From: Candidatus Dormiibacterota bacterium
Lineage (GTDB): Bacteria > Chloroflexota > Dormibacteria > Aeolococcales > Bog-877
Length of the DNA: 64,000 nt
Reading direction: 5' to 3'
Assembly (NCBI GenBank): GCA_027319585.1
Contig: DAHVMY010000001.1
Span: forward strand, 6,192 to 70,191
A model generated the notes under the pieces. It saw only the letters and a list, made by a program, of their open reading frames with translations, ran no database searches and was not told the origin of the DNA. Position numbers and translations under genes: made by a program. Numbering within the stretch: the first letter of the stretch is position 1; each line of letters begins with the position of its first letter. This document shows positions 8,617 to 18,598 of this stretch, piece by piece.

Positions 8617-9717
8617 GTGAGTGGCCCGGCGGTGATGGCTGACTGGATGGGGCGAGCCCTGGAGCTCGCGGCCAGCGCCGACTTTCAGACCTCGCCCAAC
8701 CCGATGGTCGGCGCGGTGGTGGTGAAGGACGGTGAGTTGGTGGGTGCGGGGTGTCACCGGCGCGCGGGGTTGCCCCACGCCGAGGTTGTCGCCCTGGACA
8801 TGGCGGGGCCGGAGGCCCGGGGGGCGGACCTGTGGGTCACCCTGGAGCCGTGCTGTCACCGGGGCCGCACCGGGCCCTGTACTGAGCGCGTCATCGCGGC
8901 GGGGATCAGGCGCGTCCACATCGCGACCGTGGATCCCAACCCCCTGGTCGATGGCCGGGGGATCGCAAGCCTGCGCGCCGCGGGGATTGAGGTGGAGTTG
9001 GGGGAGAGGGAGAAGGATGCGAGGCGCCTGATCGAAGCCTATGCGGTGTGGGTCACGACCGGGCTGCCGTTCATCTCCATCAAGATCGCCATGAGCCTGG
9101 ATGGGCGGGTCGCGACGGTTAGCCGCCAGTCCCAGTGGATCACCTCCGAAGAGGCTCGGGTGGAGGGCCACGGCCTGCGGCACAGCCACGATGCGGTGCT
9201 GGTGGGGTCGCAGACCGTGCTCGACGACGACCCTGCGCTCACCGCTCGCCACCCGCAGCGGGAGGGCCACCAGCCTTGGCGGGTGGTGCTGGATGGCCGC
9301 CTGCGCACTCCGGTCGACAGCCGGCTGCTGGCGAGCCCCGGAGGGCCGGTGATACTGTTCACGGCCCCCGGGTCGGCGCCGCGCCGCCACCTTCTGGAGC
9401 GGGCGGGGGCCAGGGTGATCACCGTGGCCGCAGTGGACGGTCGGCCGTCGATCCGGGCCGTCATGCGTCGACTGGCCCGGATGGGGGTCCTGAGCGTGCT
9501 GGTGGAGGGTGGGCCCACCGTGCTGGCTTCGCTGCAGGCGGAACGCCTGGGCAACCGGCTGGTCGTCTTCATGGCGCCGAGTGTGCTCGGGGGGGTCGGC
9601 GCCCCCGGCCCGTTCGGCGGCCCGGGCGTCGATTCCCTGTCACACGGTTGGTCATGGAGGTTCACCGGCATTTCCCGGATCGGACCGGATCTCAGGATCG
9701 AGGCGGAGGCAGCCTGA
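8617..9717 (+). CDS. ribD: Bifunctional diaminohydroxyphosphoribosylaminopyrimidine deaminase / 5-amino-6-(5-phosphoribosylamino)uracil reductase
   Basis: HAEVVAL...TLEPCCHRGRTGPC zinc deaminase motif plus a reductase domain. GTG start sits 7 nt after AAGGAG. Confidence 0.9.
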   Translation: MSGPAVMADWMGRALELAASADFQTSPNPMVGAVVVKDGELVGAGCHRRAGLPHAEVVALDMAGPEARGADLWVTLEPCCHRGRTGPCTERVIAAGIRRVHIATVDPNPLVDGRGIASLRAAGIEVELGEREKDARRLIEAYAVWVTTGLPFISIKIAMSLDGRVATVSRQSQWITSEEARVEGHGLRHSHDAVLVGSQTVLDDDPALTARHPQREGHQPWRVVLDGRLRTPVDSRLLASPGGPVILFTAPGSAPRRHLLERAGARVITVAAVDGRPSIRAVMRRLARMGVLSVLVEGGPTVLASLQAERLGNRLVVFMAPSVLGGVGAPGPFGGPGVDSLSHGWSWRFTGISRIGPDLRIEAEAA

Positions 9718-10367
9718 TGTTCGGCGGGATCGTGAGCGAGCTGGGGCACGTGCTGGAGGTGCCGGCGCCGGGGAGCAGGCGGCTGCTGGTCGGCCACCCG
9801 CCCGGGTGGGCGCGGCTCGAGATCGGCGACAGCGTCGCCGTCAACGGGTGCTGCCTCACCGCTGTCGCGGTCAGCCCGGGCACCTTCGCCACGGAGGTGA
9901 TGCCGGAGACCATGCGTCGAACCGCCCTGGGGTCGCTGGAGGTGGGGGCTCCGGTCAACCTGGAGGCGGCCCTGGCTCTCCAAGGGGCCGTGGGCGGGCA
10001 TCTGGTCAGCGGGCATGTGGACGCGGTGGGAGAGGTCCGGGACCGCTGGGAGGAGGGCAACGCGGTTGGGATTCGCCTGCTGGCCCCAGCTGAGGTCGCC
10101 CGCTACTGCGTGCCCCAGGGCTCGATCGCGGTCGATGGCTGCTCCCTGACCCTGGTGTCGGTGGCCGACCAAGCGGATGGTTCAGCCCTGCTGGAGGTGT
10201 CACTGATCCCGCACACGGTCAAGAACACGGTCGCCAGCCGGTACCGGTGCGGATTCAGGGTCAACCTGGAAGCCGACCTGATCGCCAAGCTGGTGGAGCG
10301 GCTCACCGCTCCCCACCTGATTCGTCAGGTGGGAGATCGACCCGCCGAGGGACCGCGGTGCCGCTGA
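9717..10367 (+). CDS. ribE: Riboflavin synthase alpha chain
   Basis: MFGGIVSELG with duplicated lumazine-binding repeats (VNGCCLT, VDGCSLT). TGATG junction with ribD. It lies inside track ORF 9135..10367. Confidence 0.9.
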   Translation: MFGGIVSELGHVLEVPAPGSRRLLVGHPPGWARLEIGDSVAVNGCCLTAVAVSPGTFATEVMPETMRRTALGSLEVGAPVNLEAALALQGAVGGHLVSGHVDAVGEVRDRWEEGNAVGIRLLAPAEVARYCVPQGSIAVDGCSLTLVSVADQADGSALLEVSLIPHTVKNTVASRYRCGFRVNLEADLIAKLVERLTAPHLIRQVGDRPAEGPRCR

Positions 10368-11593
10368 GCTCGGTGGGGGCCGCGGTGGAGGCCTTCGCCC
10401 GGGGCGACTTCGTGATCGTGATCGACGATGAGAGCAGGGAGAACGAGGGAGACCTCTGTTTGGCGGCGGCGGCGGCCACGGCCGAGCGGGTCAACTTCAT
10501 GATGAGGTGGGGTCGCGGCCTCATCTGCGTCGCCATGGAGCCGGCGCGGCTGGACCAGCTGCGGCTGCCGCCGATGGTGGCCGAGAACACCTCGCTCCAC
10601 CACACCGGGTTCGCGGTCTCTGTCGATGCCGCCGCGGGCGGTGTGACCACGGGGATCAGTGCGGCCGACCGGGCGGTGACCATCCGCAGCCTGGCGGATC
10701 CCCGCGCCGTCGCGGAGGACTTCCTGCGCCCGGGGCATGTCTTCCCGCTCCGGGCCATGCCGGGTGGGGTGCTCGAGCGCCGCGGGCACACCGAGGCGGC
10801 GGTGGACCTGGCGCGCCTGGCGGGGCTGGAGCCGGCCGCCGGCGTGGTCTGCGAGATCGCCAGCGAGGATGGGGACATGGCCCGGCCACCCGAGCTGGAG
10901 CGGTTCGCGCGGGAGCAGGGGATTCCCATAGTTCGGATCCGGGACCTGGTCGAACACCGGCGTGCGAGCTCAGGGTGGCTGGAGCAAGGGCCGCCGACTC
11001 GGCTGCCGATCGCGGGCCGGGAGTGGCAGGCGATCGCCTTCGCGGATCGGGCGGCCGGTCTGGTGCATCTGGCGCTGCGGTTGGGTGAGCCGCCGCTGCC
11101 GGAGCCGGTTCTGGTGCGCGTCCACAGCGAGTGCCTTACCGGTGACGTCTTCGGTTCCCAGCGGTGCGACTGCCAGGCCCAGCTGCACGCTGCCATGGAC
11201 GAGATCGCGGTGGCGGGGTCGGGGCTGGTCGTCTACCTGCGCCAGGAGGGCCGGGGGATCGGCCTCATGGACAAGCTGCGCGCCTACGCGCTGCAGGATG
11301 CGGGTCTGGACACGGTGGAGGCGAACCTGGAGCTGGGCCTGCCGGCGGATGGGCGTGACTACACGGTTGGCCGCCAGATCATGAGCGCACTCGGGGTGAG
11401 GCGGATTCGGCTGCTCAGCAACAACCCGCACAAGCAGGCGGCGCTGGCTGGGGCTGGGCTTGAGGTGGAGGCGAGGGTCCCTTTGGAGATCCCGCCGAAC
11501 CCCCACAACTACCGCTACCTGCGCACCAAGCGCGAGAAGATGGGGCACCTGCTGAGCGTCCCCGGAGTCGAGGAGAGCCGATGCGCGAGATAA
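10358..11593 (+). CDS. ribBA: Bifunctional 3,4-dihydroxy-2-butanone-4-phosphate synthase / GTP cyclohydrolase II
   Basis: DDESRENEGDL (DHBP synthase) and VHSECLTGDVFGSQRCDC (GTP cyclohydrolase II). I chose GTG 10358, in the frame of ORF 10247. Confidence 0.88.
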   Translation: MPLSSVGAAVEAFARGDFVIVIDDESRENEGDLCLAAAAATAERVNFMMRWGRGLICVAMEPARLDQLRLPPMVAENTSLHHTGFAVSVDAAAGGVTTGISAADRAVTIRSLADPRAVAEDFLRPGHVFPLRAMPGGVLERRGHTEAAVDLARLAGLEPAAGVVCEIASEDGDMARPPELERFAREQGIPIVRIRDLVEHRRASSGWLEQGPPTRLPIAGREWQAIAFADRAAGLVHLALRLGEPPLPEPVLVRVHSECLTGDVFGSQRCDCQAQLHAAMDEIAVAGSGLVVYLRQEGRGIGLMDKLRAYALQDAGLDTVEANLELGLPADGRDYTVGRQIMSALGVRRIRLLSNNPHKQAALAGAGLEVEARVPLEIPPNPHNYRYLRTKREKMGHLLSVPGVEESRCAR

Positions 11594-12048
11594 CCGGAGC
11601 GCTGGCCGGGCAGGGCATGCGCTGCTGCCTGGTCGCCGCCCGTTTCAACGAGACGATCGTCGACCAGCTGGTGCGGGGAGCGCTCCGGGGCCTGCGGCAG
11701 AATCAGGTCGCCGAGGCGGATATCGAGTTGATCTGGGTCCCGGGCGCGTTCGAGATCCCGGTCGCTGGGGCGGAGCGCATCGAGCAGGGAGGGCTGGACT
11801 GCCTGATCGCCCTGGGGGCCGTGATCCGCGGGGAGACGCCCCACTTCGAGTACGTCGCCTCCGCGGTGGCCAGCGGTCTGGCCGGACTGGGGGTCAGGTA
11901 CCGGGTTGCAACCGGGTTCGGGGTGCTGACAGTCGACTCCGTGGATCAGGCGCTGGCACGGGCCGGCGGCAAGCTGGGGAACAAGGGCTGGGAGGCTGCG
12001 ACCGCGGCGCTCGAGCTCGGCTCGGTGCTGCGGCAGCTGCGCCGCTGA
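11581..12048 (+). CDS. ribH: 6,7-dimethyl-8-ribityllumazine synthase
   Basis: AARFNETIVDQL, VPGAFEIP, GAVIRGETPHFEYV. Confidence 0.92.
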   Translation: MREITGALAGQGMRCCLVAARFNETIVDQLVRGALRGLRQNQVAEADIELIWVPGAFEIPVAGAERIEQGGLDCLIALGAVIRGETPHFEYVASAVASGLAGLGVRYRVATGFGVLTVDSVDQALARAGGKLGNKGWEAATAALELGSVLRQLRR

Positions 12049-12049
12049 A

Positions 12050-12241
12050 TCAGGCGGTCTTGGTGGAAGTGCGCAGACAGCGGGTGCACACGCGCATCTT
12101 CTGGGCCAGCCCGCCGCCCCTGGGGGCGATGTGGGCCGTCACCAGGTTGGGCATGAAGCGCCGCTTGGTGTGGACCTTGGAATGGCTGACATTGTTGCCT
12201 GCCACCGGCCCCTTGCCGCAGATCTCGCAACGCTTCGCCAT
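12050..12241 (-). CDS. rpmB: 50S ribosomal protein L28
   Basis: [33 protein letters not shown]. Confidence 0.92.
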   Translation of the reverse strand: MAKRCEICGKGPVAGNNVSHSKVHTKRRFMPNLVTAHIAPRGGGLAQKMRVCTRCLRTSTKTA

Positions 12242-12384
12242 GGCAACCTCGTTTCAGTGATCATGGGAGCACCTGACCCCAACCGGGCCGGGCGTATCAT
12301 TCCGGCCGCAGTTTATCAGTCGCAGGCGATGGTGCCGGTCGCGCAATTCGAATTCGGCTAGACCAGCTCAGGAGATTCCGCCCC

Positions 12385-12771
12385 TTGCCCACCAACAGTG
12401 CACTGCTCAGGACCCACCCTCTGGGGACCGTCGAGCTGTCCCCGCGGGTCGTGTCCACCCTGGCGGCGCGGCTGGCGGCGGACTGCCCGGGGGTCGTCGG
12501 CATGGCCGGGCGGGGGCTGCGGGACGGGCTGGCGGAGCTGCTGAATCGGGACAGCTTCGAGCGTGGCGTCGATCTTTCGCTCGAGGATGATGGGATTCGT
12601 TTGGACCTGTTCGTGATCGTTGAGCATGGCGCGCGGGTGCTGGAGGTCGCCCACGCGCTCATGGGAGCGGTGGCGGCGGGGCTGGAGCTCCACCTGGGAG
12701 TGCGGGTGCTGGAGGTGAACGTCAACGTCCAGGGGATCAGGGCACGTGAGGGATCGGCAAATGGCTGCTAG
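12385..12771 (+). CDS. Asp23/Gls24 family envelope-stress protein
   Basis: 128-aa ORF (GTVELSPRVVSTLAARLAADCPGVVGM...VNVNVQGI). It occupies the conserved position upstream of the DAK2 (yloV-like) gene. Confidence 0.8.
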   Translation: MPTNSALLRTHPLGTVELSPRVVSTLAARLAADCPGVVGMAGRGLRDGLAELLNRDSFERGVDLSLEDDGIRLDLFVIVEHGARVLEVAHALMGAVAAGLELHLGVRVLEVNVNVQGIRAREGSANGC

Positions 12772-14437
12772 CAGCGCACCCGCGGCGTTGCCCAACGCCG
12801 TCACCGGTGCCGGCCTCCGGTATGGACTGGAGCGGGCACTGGGCCGCCTGCTTGAGCAGCGTGAACGGATCAACGACCTCAATGTCTTCCCGGTGCCGGA
12901 CGGGGACACCGGCACCAACATGCACCTGACCCTGGAGGCAGCGCTTGCGGCGGCCGCCCAGCTCCCGGCCCAGACATCGGTCGCGGCCGTGGCCGCGGCG
13001 GCTGCTCACGGATCGCTGATGGGGGCGCGCGGCAACTCTGGGGTGATCCTCTCCCAGGTCCTGAGAGGGGTGGCCGCCGGATGCGAGCAGGCAGATGAGA
13101 TGGGGCCGGAGATGCTCGCGCGGGCGTTGTCCGAGGGGTCGAAGGTCGCGTACGCCGCCGTCAAGCGTCCCGTGGAAGGCACGATCCTCACGGTGGTTAG
13201 GGAAGCCGCGGAGGCCGCGACCCGGTCAGCGGCCGACCACCAGCCGATCGCCGACGTGCTCCAGGCGGCCGTTGCAGGCGCCTGGGACGCGGTCGAGCGC
13301 AGCCGCGAGCAGATGGAGGTGCTGCGCGACGCCGGCGTGGTTGACGCCGGCGGCTTCGGGCTGGCGGTGATCCTGTCGGCGCTCTCCGAGGCGTTGGGAA
13401 GTGGCGACTCCGCCTGGCCCGACGCGATCCAGGTCGAGCCCGGTCCCCCGCTCGGTGAGCCGTCGCACGGGCCCGCCGGGGTCACGGCCTTCAGCGCCCC
13501 CCATGCCGGCTATGGATACTGCACCGAGTTCAGCCTGGTGGGGGCGCAGATGGACCCCCTGGAGGTCCGGGCCCGGCTGGGCGAAGAGGCCGAGGACGAC
13601 TCGGCGCTGGTGGTCGGCGACCCCGGGCTCCTGCACGTGCACATCCATACCCACGAGCCCTGGGAGGTGCTCACCCGGGCCGCGGAGCTCGGACGCATCG
13701 AGCGGCTGAAGGTTGAGGATATGACCAGCCAGCACGACGAGGCCCGGCGCCGCCACGGCCGCGGCGCCCGCGAGGCTCGCCTGGCTCTGGGGGTGGTGGT
13801 GGTGGCGCCCGGCTTCGGTTTCCACCAGCTGCTTCTGGGCTTGGGCGCCGCCGCGGTGGTCGAGGGCGGCCAGAGCATGAACCCAACCACCGCGGAGCTG
13901 CTGCGCGGAATCGATGAGGCGCAGGCGGATGAGATCATCCTGCTGCCCAACAATCCCAACCTCGTGCTCGGAGCCGAGCAGGCGGCTCGGGTCAGCCGTC
14001 GTGAGGTGGCGGTGGTCCCCACCCGCAACCTACCCCAGGGGGTGGCGGCGCTGTTGGCCTTCGACCCTGATGCCACTCTCGCCGTCAACCGCCAGCGGAT
14101 GCAGCGGGAGATGGCTCGGGTCCATGCGATCGAGGTCACCAGCGCGGTCAAGGACAGCAAGTTCGCGGGCGGCCCCATCGCCCGGGGAGACGCCATCGCC
14201 CTGCTGGACGGGGAACTGGTGGCCGCGGGAAGAGACACCCCCGAGGTGGTGCTGGCCGCCCTCGACCGGCTCACCGACGCCGGAGTCGAGGTGATCACGC
14301 TCTACCGGGGGGCGCGGGTCCAGGTTGCCGAGGCTGAGAAGTTGGAGCAGATGATCAGGGACCGGTTCCCCGATTGGGAGGTGGAGCGTCATGATGGCGG
14401 CCAGGACCTCTACCCCTACATCATCTCGGCGGAGTAG
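12746..14437 (+). CDS. DAK2 domain fusion protein (YloV family)
   Basis: FPVPDGDTGTNM Dak phosphatase motif, 563 aa. The start is possibly the ATG at 12761. Confidence 0.88.
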   Translation: MRDRQMAASSAPAALPNAVTGAGLRYGLERALGRLLEQRERINDLNVFPVPDGDTGTNMHLTLEAALAAAAQLPAQTSVAAVAAAAAHGSLMGARGNSGVILSQVLRGVAAGCEQADEMGPEMLARALSEGSKVAYAAVKRPVEGTILTVVREAAEAATRSAADHQPIADVLQAAVAGAWDAVERSREQMEVLRDAGVVDAGGFGLAVILSALSEALGSGDSAWPDAIQVEPGPPLGEPSHGPAGVTAFSAPHAGYGYCTEFSLVGAQMDPLEVRARLGEEAEDDSALVVGDPGLLHVHIHTHEPWEVLTRAAELGRIERLKVEDMTSQHDEARRRHGRGAREARLALGVVVVAPGFGFHQLLLGLGAAAVVEGGQSMNPTTAELLRGIDEAQADEIILLPNNPNLVLGAEQAARVSRREVAVVPTRNLPQGVAALLAFDPDATLAVNRQRMQREMARVHAIEVTSAVKDSKFAGGPIARGDAIALLDGELVAAGRDTPEVVLAALDRLTDAGVEVITLYRGARVQVAEAEKLEQMIRDRFPDWEVERHDGGQDLYPYIISAE

Positions 14438-14440
14438 CCG

Positions 14441-15286
14441 ATGACGGTGAGAGTGGTGACCGACAGCACCTGTGACCTGCCGGCGGAGCTGCGGGAGAGC
14501 GCTGGGATAGTGACCGTTCCTCTGCGGCTGCACTTTCAGGACGTGGTCTTTCGCGATCGGGTGGACATGACCGACGAGCAGTTCGTGAGCCGGCTGGTGG
14601 ACGCCAAGGCTCCGCCCAGCACCTCGCAACCCCCTCCCGGTGACTTCGAGACCGTCTACCGCCAGCTCTTCGATGAGGGCGCCGATGAGATCATCTCGGT
14701 TCACATTGCCGCCGCTTTGAGTGGCACCGTGAGCTCGGCGACCATCGCCGCCCAGGCGGTCGATCCGCAGCGGATCCATGTGGTCGACAGCCGGACCGTG
14801 AGCCTGGGGACCGGGTTCCTGGTGCTGGAGGCGGTGGCCCGGGCGGCGGCCGGCGATGCAGCGCCGGCGATCGTCGACCGGCTGGCCACCATGCCCGACC
14901 GGGTCGGCATCATCTGCCTGCTCGACACGTTGCGGTATCTGCTCCTGGGCGGCCGGATCGGCAAGGTCCGGGCCATGCTGGGAACGGCGTTGGCGATCAA
15001 GCCCCTGATCGGCCTGGGACCGGACGGCTCGGTGGTGCCGCTGGGCCGGGTCCGCAGCCGCACCGGCGGCATCAGGCGGCTCGCCGAGTTGCTGGCCGAG
15101 CACCGTCCCCTGGAGCGCTGTGGGGTGATCTATGTGGGGGCCGCCGACGACGGGCTGCGCCTGGCCGAGGAGACCCGCCGGACGTATCCGCAGATGGAGG
15201 TGATCGCCCACCACGCGAGCCCGGTACTCAGCACACACACCGGTCCCAGCACTCTCGCCTACTGCTATCTCGAGGGCGAGGGCTGA
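14441..15286 (+). CDS. DegV family fatty-acid-binding protein
   Basis: VRVVTDSTCDLP N-terminus, 281 aa, typical position next to yloV. Confidence 0.88.
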   Translation: MTVRVVTDSTCDLPAELRESAGIVTVPLRLHFQDVVFRDRVDMTDEQFVSRLVDAKAPPSTSQPPPGDFETVYRQLFDEGADEIISVHIAAALSGTVSSATIAAQAVDPQRIHVVDSRTVSLGTGFLVLEAVARAAAGDAAPAIVDRLATMPDRVGIICLLDTLRYLLLGGRIGKVRAMLGTALAIKPLIGLGPDGSVVPLGRVRSRTGGIRRLAELLAEHRPLERCGVIYVGAADDGLRLAEETRRTYPQMEVIAHHASPVLSTHTGPSTLAYCYLEGEG

Positions 15287-15305
15287 GGCCCCAGGCGCAG
15301 CGGCG

Positions 15306-17390
15306 ATGGCCGTGACGACTCCGGCGTCCGCGGCTCCTGCGGTCCGGGCCCTCGACACCCCGCTGGACTCGCTGCCGCGGATCTCGCAGGAGCGGAGACA
15401 GGGCCTGCGCCGCATGGGGCTGCGGACGGTGGAGGATCTGCTCCGGCATTTCCCAACGCGGCACGAGGATCAGCGGGCCAGGATGGCGGTGGCCCAGCTG
15501 CGCGCTGGTTCCAGCGCCACCGTGGAGGTCACGGTGCTGAGCCTGCGGGCGCGGCAATCCCGGCACCGCCGCATGGAGCTTCTCGAGGGCCAGGTGTCGG
15601 ACCAGACCGGTCGCGCCGAGGTCATCTGGTTCAACCAGCCCCACCTGCGCCGCATCCTCCACGAGGGCGATCGGGTGACCCTGCACGGGCCCGTCGTGGC
15701 CGGCAGGCATGGCCTTCCCCAGTTGAAGAACCCGGAGGTGGAGCGGGATCGCCGTTCCGTTCAGCAGTCGAAGGTGGGGGTGCTGGTCCCCACCTATCCG
15801 GAGACGGCCAAGGTCACATCGCGTTGGCTGCGCGCGGTGGTGGCGGAGCACCTGGACCTGGCCGACACCGCGGCCGAGACCCTGCCGGCCGCGGTCCGCG
15901 AGGCCGAGCAGCTGCTCGGCCTCGGGCAGGCGCTGCGGCAGATGCACTTTCCCGCAGACCAAGAGGAGTTGGATCGGGCTCGGGAGCGCTTCGGCTTCGA
16001 GGAGCTCTTCTTCCCCCAGCTGGCGGCGCTGCTGTCACGGCGACAGCGCCTGGCCCGGACCGGGACCCGCAGCCCCTACGACATCCAGGTCGCCCGGCAG
16101 TTCGTGGCCGCGCTGCCATTTCGCCTGACCCAGGCCCAGCGCCGCTCCGCCCACGAGATCCTGATCGACCTGGATCGGCCGTCGCCGATGAACCGGCTCC
16201 TCCAGGGTGACGTGGGATCGGGCAAGACCGTGGTCGCCGCCATGGCGGCGCGGATGGCGATCGCGGCGGGCCATCAGGTGGTGTTGATGGCGCCCACGGA
16301 GATCCTGGCCCGGCAGCATCACGAGACCCTGCGCGAGCTGCTGAGCCCGTTCGAGATCTGGCCCCGGCTGCTGGTCGGCAGCACCCGGACGAGCCAGCGG
16401 CGGGAGATCCTCGCGGGCCTCGCCGCCGGCGCGGACAAGCTGGTGGTCGGCACCCATGCCCTCATCGAGGACGAGGTGGCGCTGCCCCAGCTCGGGCTGT
16501 GCATCGTGGATGAGCAGCATCGGTTCGGGGTCGCGCAACGGCTCAAGCTCCGGGACAAGGCGGCCGCGAACCCGGACTTCCTGTCCATGACCGCGACCCC
16601 GATCCCGCGCTCCCTCAGCCTCACCCTCTACGGGGATCTCGACGTCAGTCAGATCCAAGAGATGCCCCCGCACCGGCGTCCGGTCGAAACCCGGCTGGTC
16701 GAGCCCGGGGATCGTCAGAACGCGTACGACTTCATCCGTCAGGAGGTCCGGAGAGGTCGCCAGGGTTTCATCATCTGCCCCCTGATCGAGGACGCTCCGG
16801 GCCAGGAGGCGCGCTCGGCGACCGCGGAATACGAGCGGCTGAGCCGCGAGGTGCTGCCCGACCTGCGCCTGGTGCTGATCCATGGAAGGTTGCCGACGCG
16901 GCAGAAGCAGGAGCGCATGGCGGCGTTCGCCGCCGGCGAGTTCGACCTTCTGGTCGCGACCAGCGTGATCGAGGTGGGGGTGGATGTTCCCAACGCCACC
17001 GTGATCGGGATCGAGGGCGCTGACCGCTTTGGCCTGGCCCAGCTCCACCAGTTCAGGGGGAGGGTGGGACGGGGCGAGCACCAGTCGTACTGCCTGCTCT
17101 TCGCCGACGACGGGGAGCCGTCGGGAAAAGCGCGCCTGCAGGCCCTGTTGGAGCACCAGGACGGCTTCGAGCTGGCCGAGATCGACCTTCGCCTGCGCGG
17201 TTCCGGGGATCCCTACGGCCTGCGGCAGCACGGCTTTCCGGAGATGCGGGTGGGTGACCTGCTCGACGATGGGCTGAGGGAGCGTGCGCGGGCCGCCGCC
17301 GAGCGGGTGCTGGCCGGCGATCCCAACCTCACCGATCCCACCCTGCGCAACGGGATCAAGGGATATCAGGTGGTTTTCGAGTTCGACTGA
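15306..17390 (+). CDS. recG: ATP-dependent DNA helicase RecG
   Basis: LLQGDVGSGKTVVA (Walker A), CIVDEQHRFGV (DEQH box), N-terminal wedge domain. Confidence 0.93.
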   Translation: MAVTTPASAAPAVRALDTPLDSLPRISQERRQGLRRMGLRTVEDLLRHFPTRHEDQRARMAVAQLRAGSSATVEVTVLSLRARQSRHRRMELLEGQVSDQTGRAEVIWFNQPHLRRILHEGDRVTLHGPVVAGRHGLPQLKNPEVERDRRSVQQSKVGVLVPTYPETAKVTSRWLRAVVAEHLDLADTAAETLPAAVREAEQLLGLGQALRQMHFPADQEELDRARERFGFEELFFPQLAALLSRRQRLARTGTRSPYDIQVARQFVAALPFRLTQAQRRSAHEILIDLDRPSPMNRLLQGDVGSGKTVVAAMAARMAIAAGHQVVLMAPTEILARQHHETLRELLSPFEIWPRLLVGSTRTSQRREILAGLAAGADKLVVGTHALIEDEVALPQLGLCIVDEQHRFGVAQRLKLRDKAAANPDFLSMTATPIPRSLSLTLYGDLDVSQIQEMPPHRRPVETRLVEPGDRQNAYDFIRQEVRRGRQGFIICPLIEDAPGQEARSATAEYERLSREVLPDLRLVLIHGRLPTRQKQERMAAFAAGEFDLLVATSVIEVGVDVPNATVIGIEGADRFGLAQLHQFRGRVGRGEHQSYCLLFADDGEPSGKARLQALLEHQDGFELAEIDLRLRGSGDPYGLRQHGFPEMRVGDLLDDGLRERARAAAERVLAGDPNLTDPTLRNGIKGYQVVFEFD

Positions 17391-17456
17391 CCCGAACCCC
17401 GGCCCGCGTCGGCCCCGGGCGGCAGCGGTGGCTTACCAAGTGGGATAGTTGGGCCG

Positions 17457-18083
17457 ATGAGTGCAGTGACCAGCCGGGCCCGAACGCGGCGCTCCCGGTC
17501 CCCATCCGTTGGGGCCAGGCTGACCGGGGGAGAGGCCTCGGGCCGCCGTCTCGCGACGATCTCCGGCGACGGACTTCGAGCCTCGGCCGGGGTGGTGCGC
17601 GCGGCCTGCTTCAACATCCTCGGCGAGACGGTGGTGGGCGCCACCGTGGTCGACCTCTTCGCGGGCGCGGGCAGCCTGGGGCTGGAGGCGCTCTCGCGAG
17701 GCGCCCGGGCGGTCACCTTCGTGGAGGTGCGCCGTGAGCGAGCCGCCGTGGTGGTTCGGAATGCCGCCGCTCTGGGCTATGACCATCGCGCCCGGGTGGT
17801 GACCGGCGACGCCCTCTCATGGCTGGGGTCGCACCGCCAGGATCTGATTCAGGCGGACCTGGTCCTGATGGATCCTCCGTACTCGGAGCCCGGGCCGGCA
17901 CTCTGCCTGGCCGCTCTGGGCCGTCTGGGGAAGGTCGCGGCGGGCGACCCCACCTGGGCACCGCTGGTGGTGGTTGAGCATCACCGCCGGCTGCAGCTGC
18001 CCTTAACCGTAGCGGCGTTGCAGTGTGTGCGGAGCTCGCATTACGGCTCCACCCAGCTGTCCTTCTTCCGGAGGCTGCCATGA
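17457..18083 (+). CDS. rsmD: 16S rRNA (guanine966-N2)-methyltransferase
   Basis: VVDLFAGAGSLGLEALSRGA and LVLMDPPY. Confidence 0.85.
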   Translation: MSAVTSRARTRRSRSPSVGARLTGGEASGRRLATISGDGLRASAGVVRAACFNILGETVVGATVVDLFAGAGSLGLEALSRGARAVTFVEVRRERAAVVVRNAAALGYDHRARVVTGDALSWLGSHRQDLIQADLVLMDPPYSEPGPALCLAALGRLGKVAAGDPTWAPLVVVEHHRRLQLPLTVAALQCVRSSHYGSTQLSFFRRLP

Positions 18084-18598
18084 CGGTAGCGGTCTATCCT
18101 GGCAGCTTCGACCCGATCCACAACGGCCATCTCGACGTCATCGCCCGCGCGGCCGAGATCTTTGACCGGGTGGTGGTCGGGGTGCTCGACAACGCCCTCA
18201 AGTCGTACCTCTTCTCGGCTGCGGAGCGGGCGGATCTGGTGCGCCGGAGTCTGCCCCCCGGCAGCTCGGTGGAGGTGGAACACTTCTCCGGGCTGGCCGT
18301 TTCGTTCGCCGTGGCCCAGCAGGCGACCGTGATCATCAGGGGCCTCCGCGCGGTCTCCGACCTTGACAGCGAGTTCCAGATGGCGCTGATGAACCGCCGC
18401 CTGGAACCCAGGGTCCACACTGTCTTTCTGACCACCGGTTTCGCCAACGTCTTTCTGAGCTCGTCTTTGATCAAGGACGTCTGCGCTCACGGAGGCGGCA
18501 TCTCGGGGCTGGTCTCGCCGTCGGTCGAGGCCGCCCTCAGGCAGCGCTTGGCCCCGGCGGCCCCCGGTATCCCCGAACCATTTGAGGAGGCTAGATGA
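18080..18598 (+). CDS. coaD: Phosphopantetheine adenylyltransferase
   Basis: MTVAVYPGSFDPIHNGHLDVI. ATGA overlap with rsmD. In the frame of ORF 18023. Confidence 0.92.
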   Translation: MTVAVYPGSFDPIHNGHLDVIARAAEIFDRVVVGVLDNALKSYLFSAAERADLVRRSLPPGSSVEVEHFSGLAVSFAVAQQATVIIRGLRAVSDLDSEFQMALMNRRLEPRVHTVFLTTGFANVFLSSSLIKDVCAHGGGISGLVSPSVEAALRQRLAPAAPGIPEPFEEAR

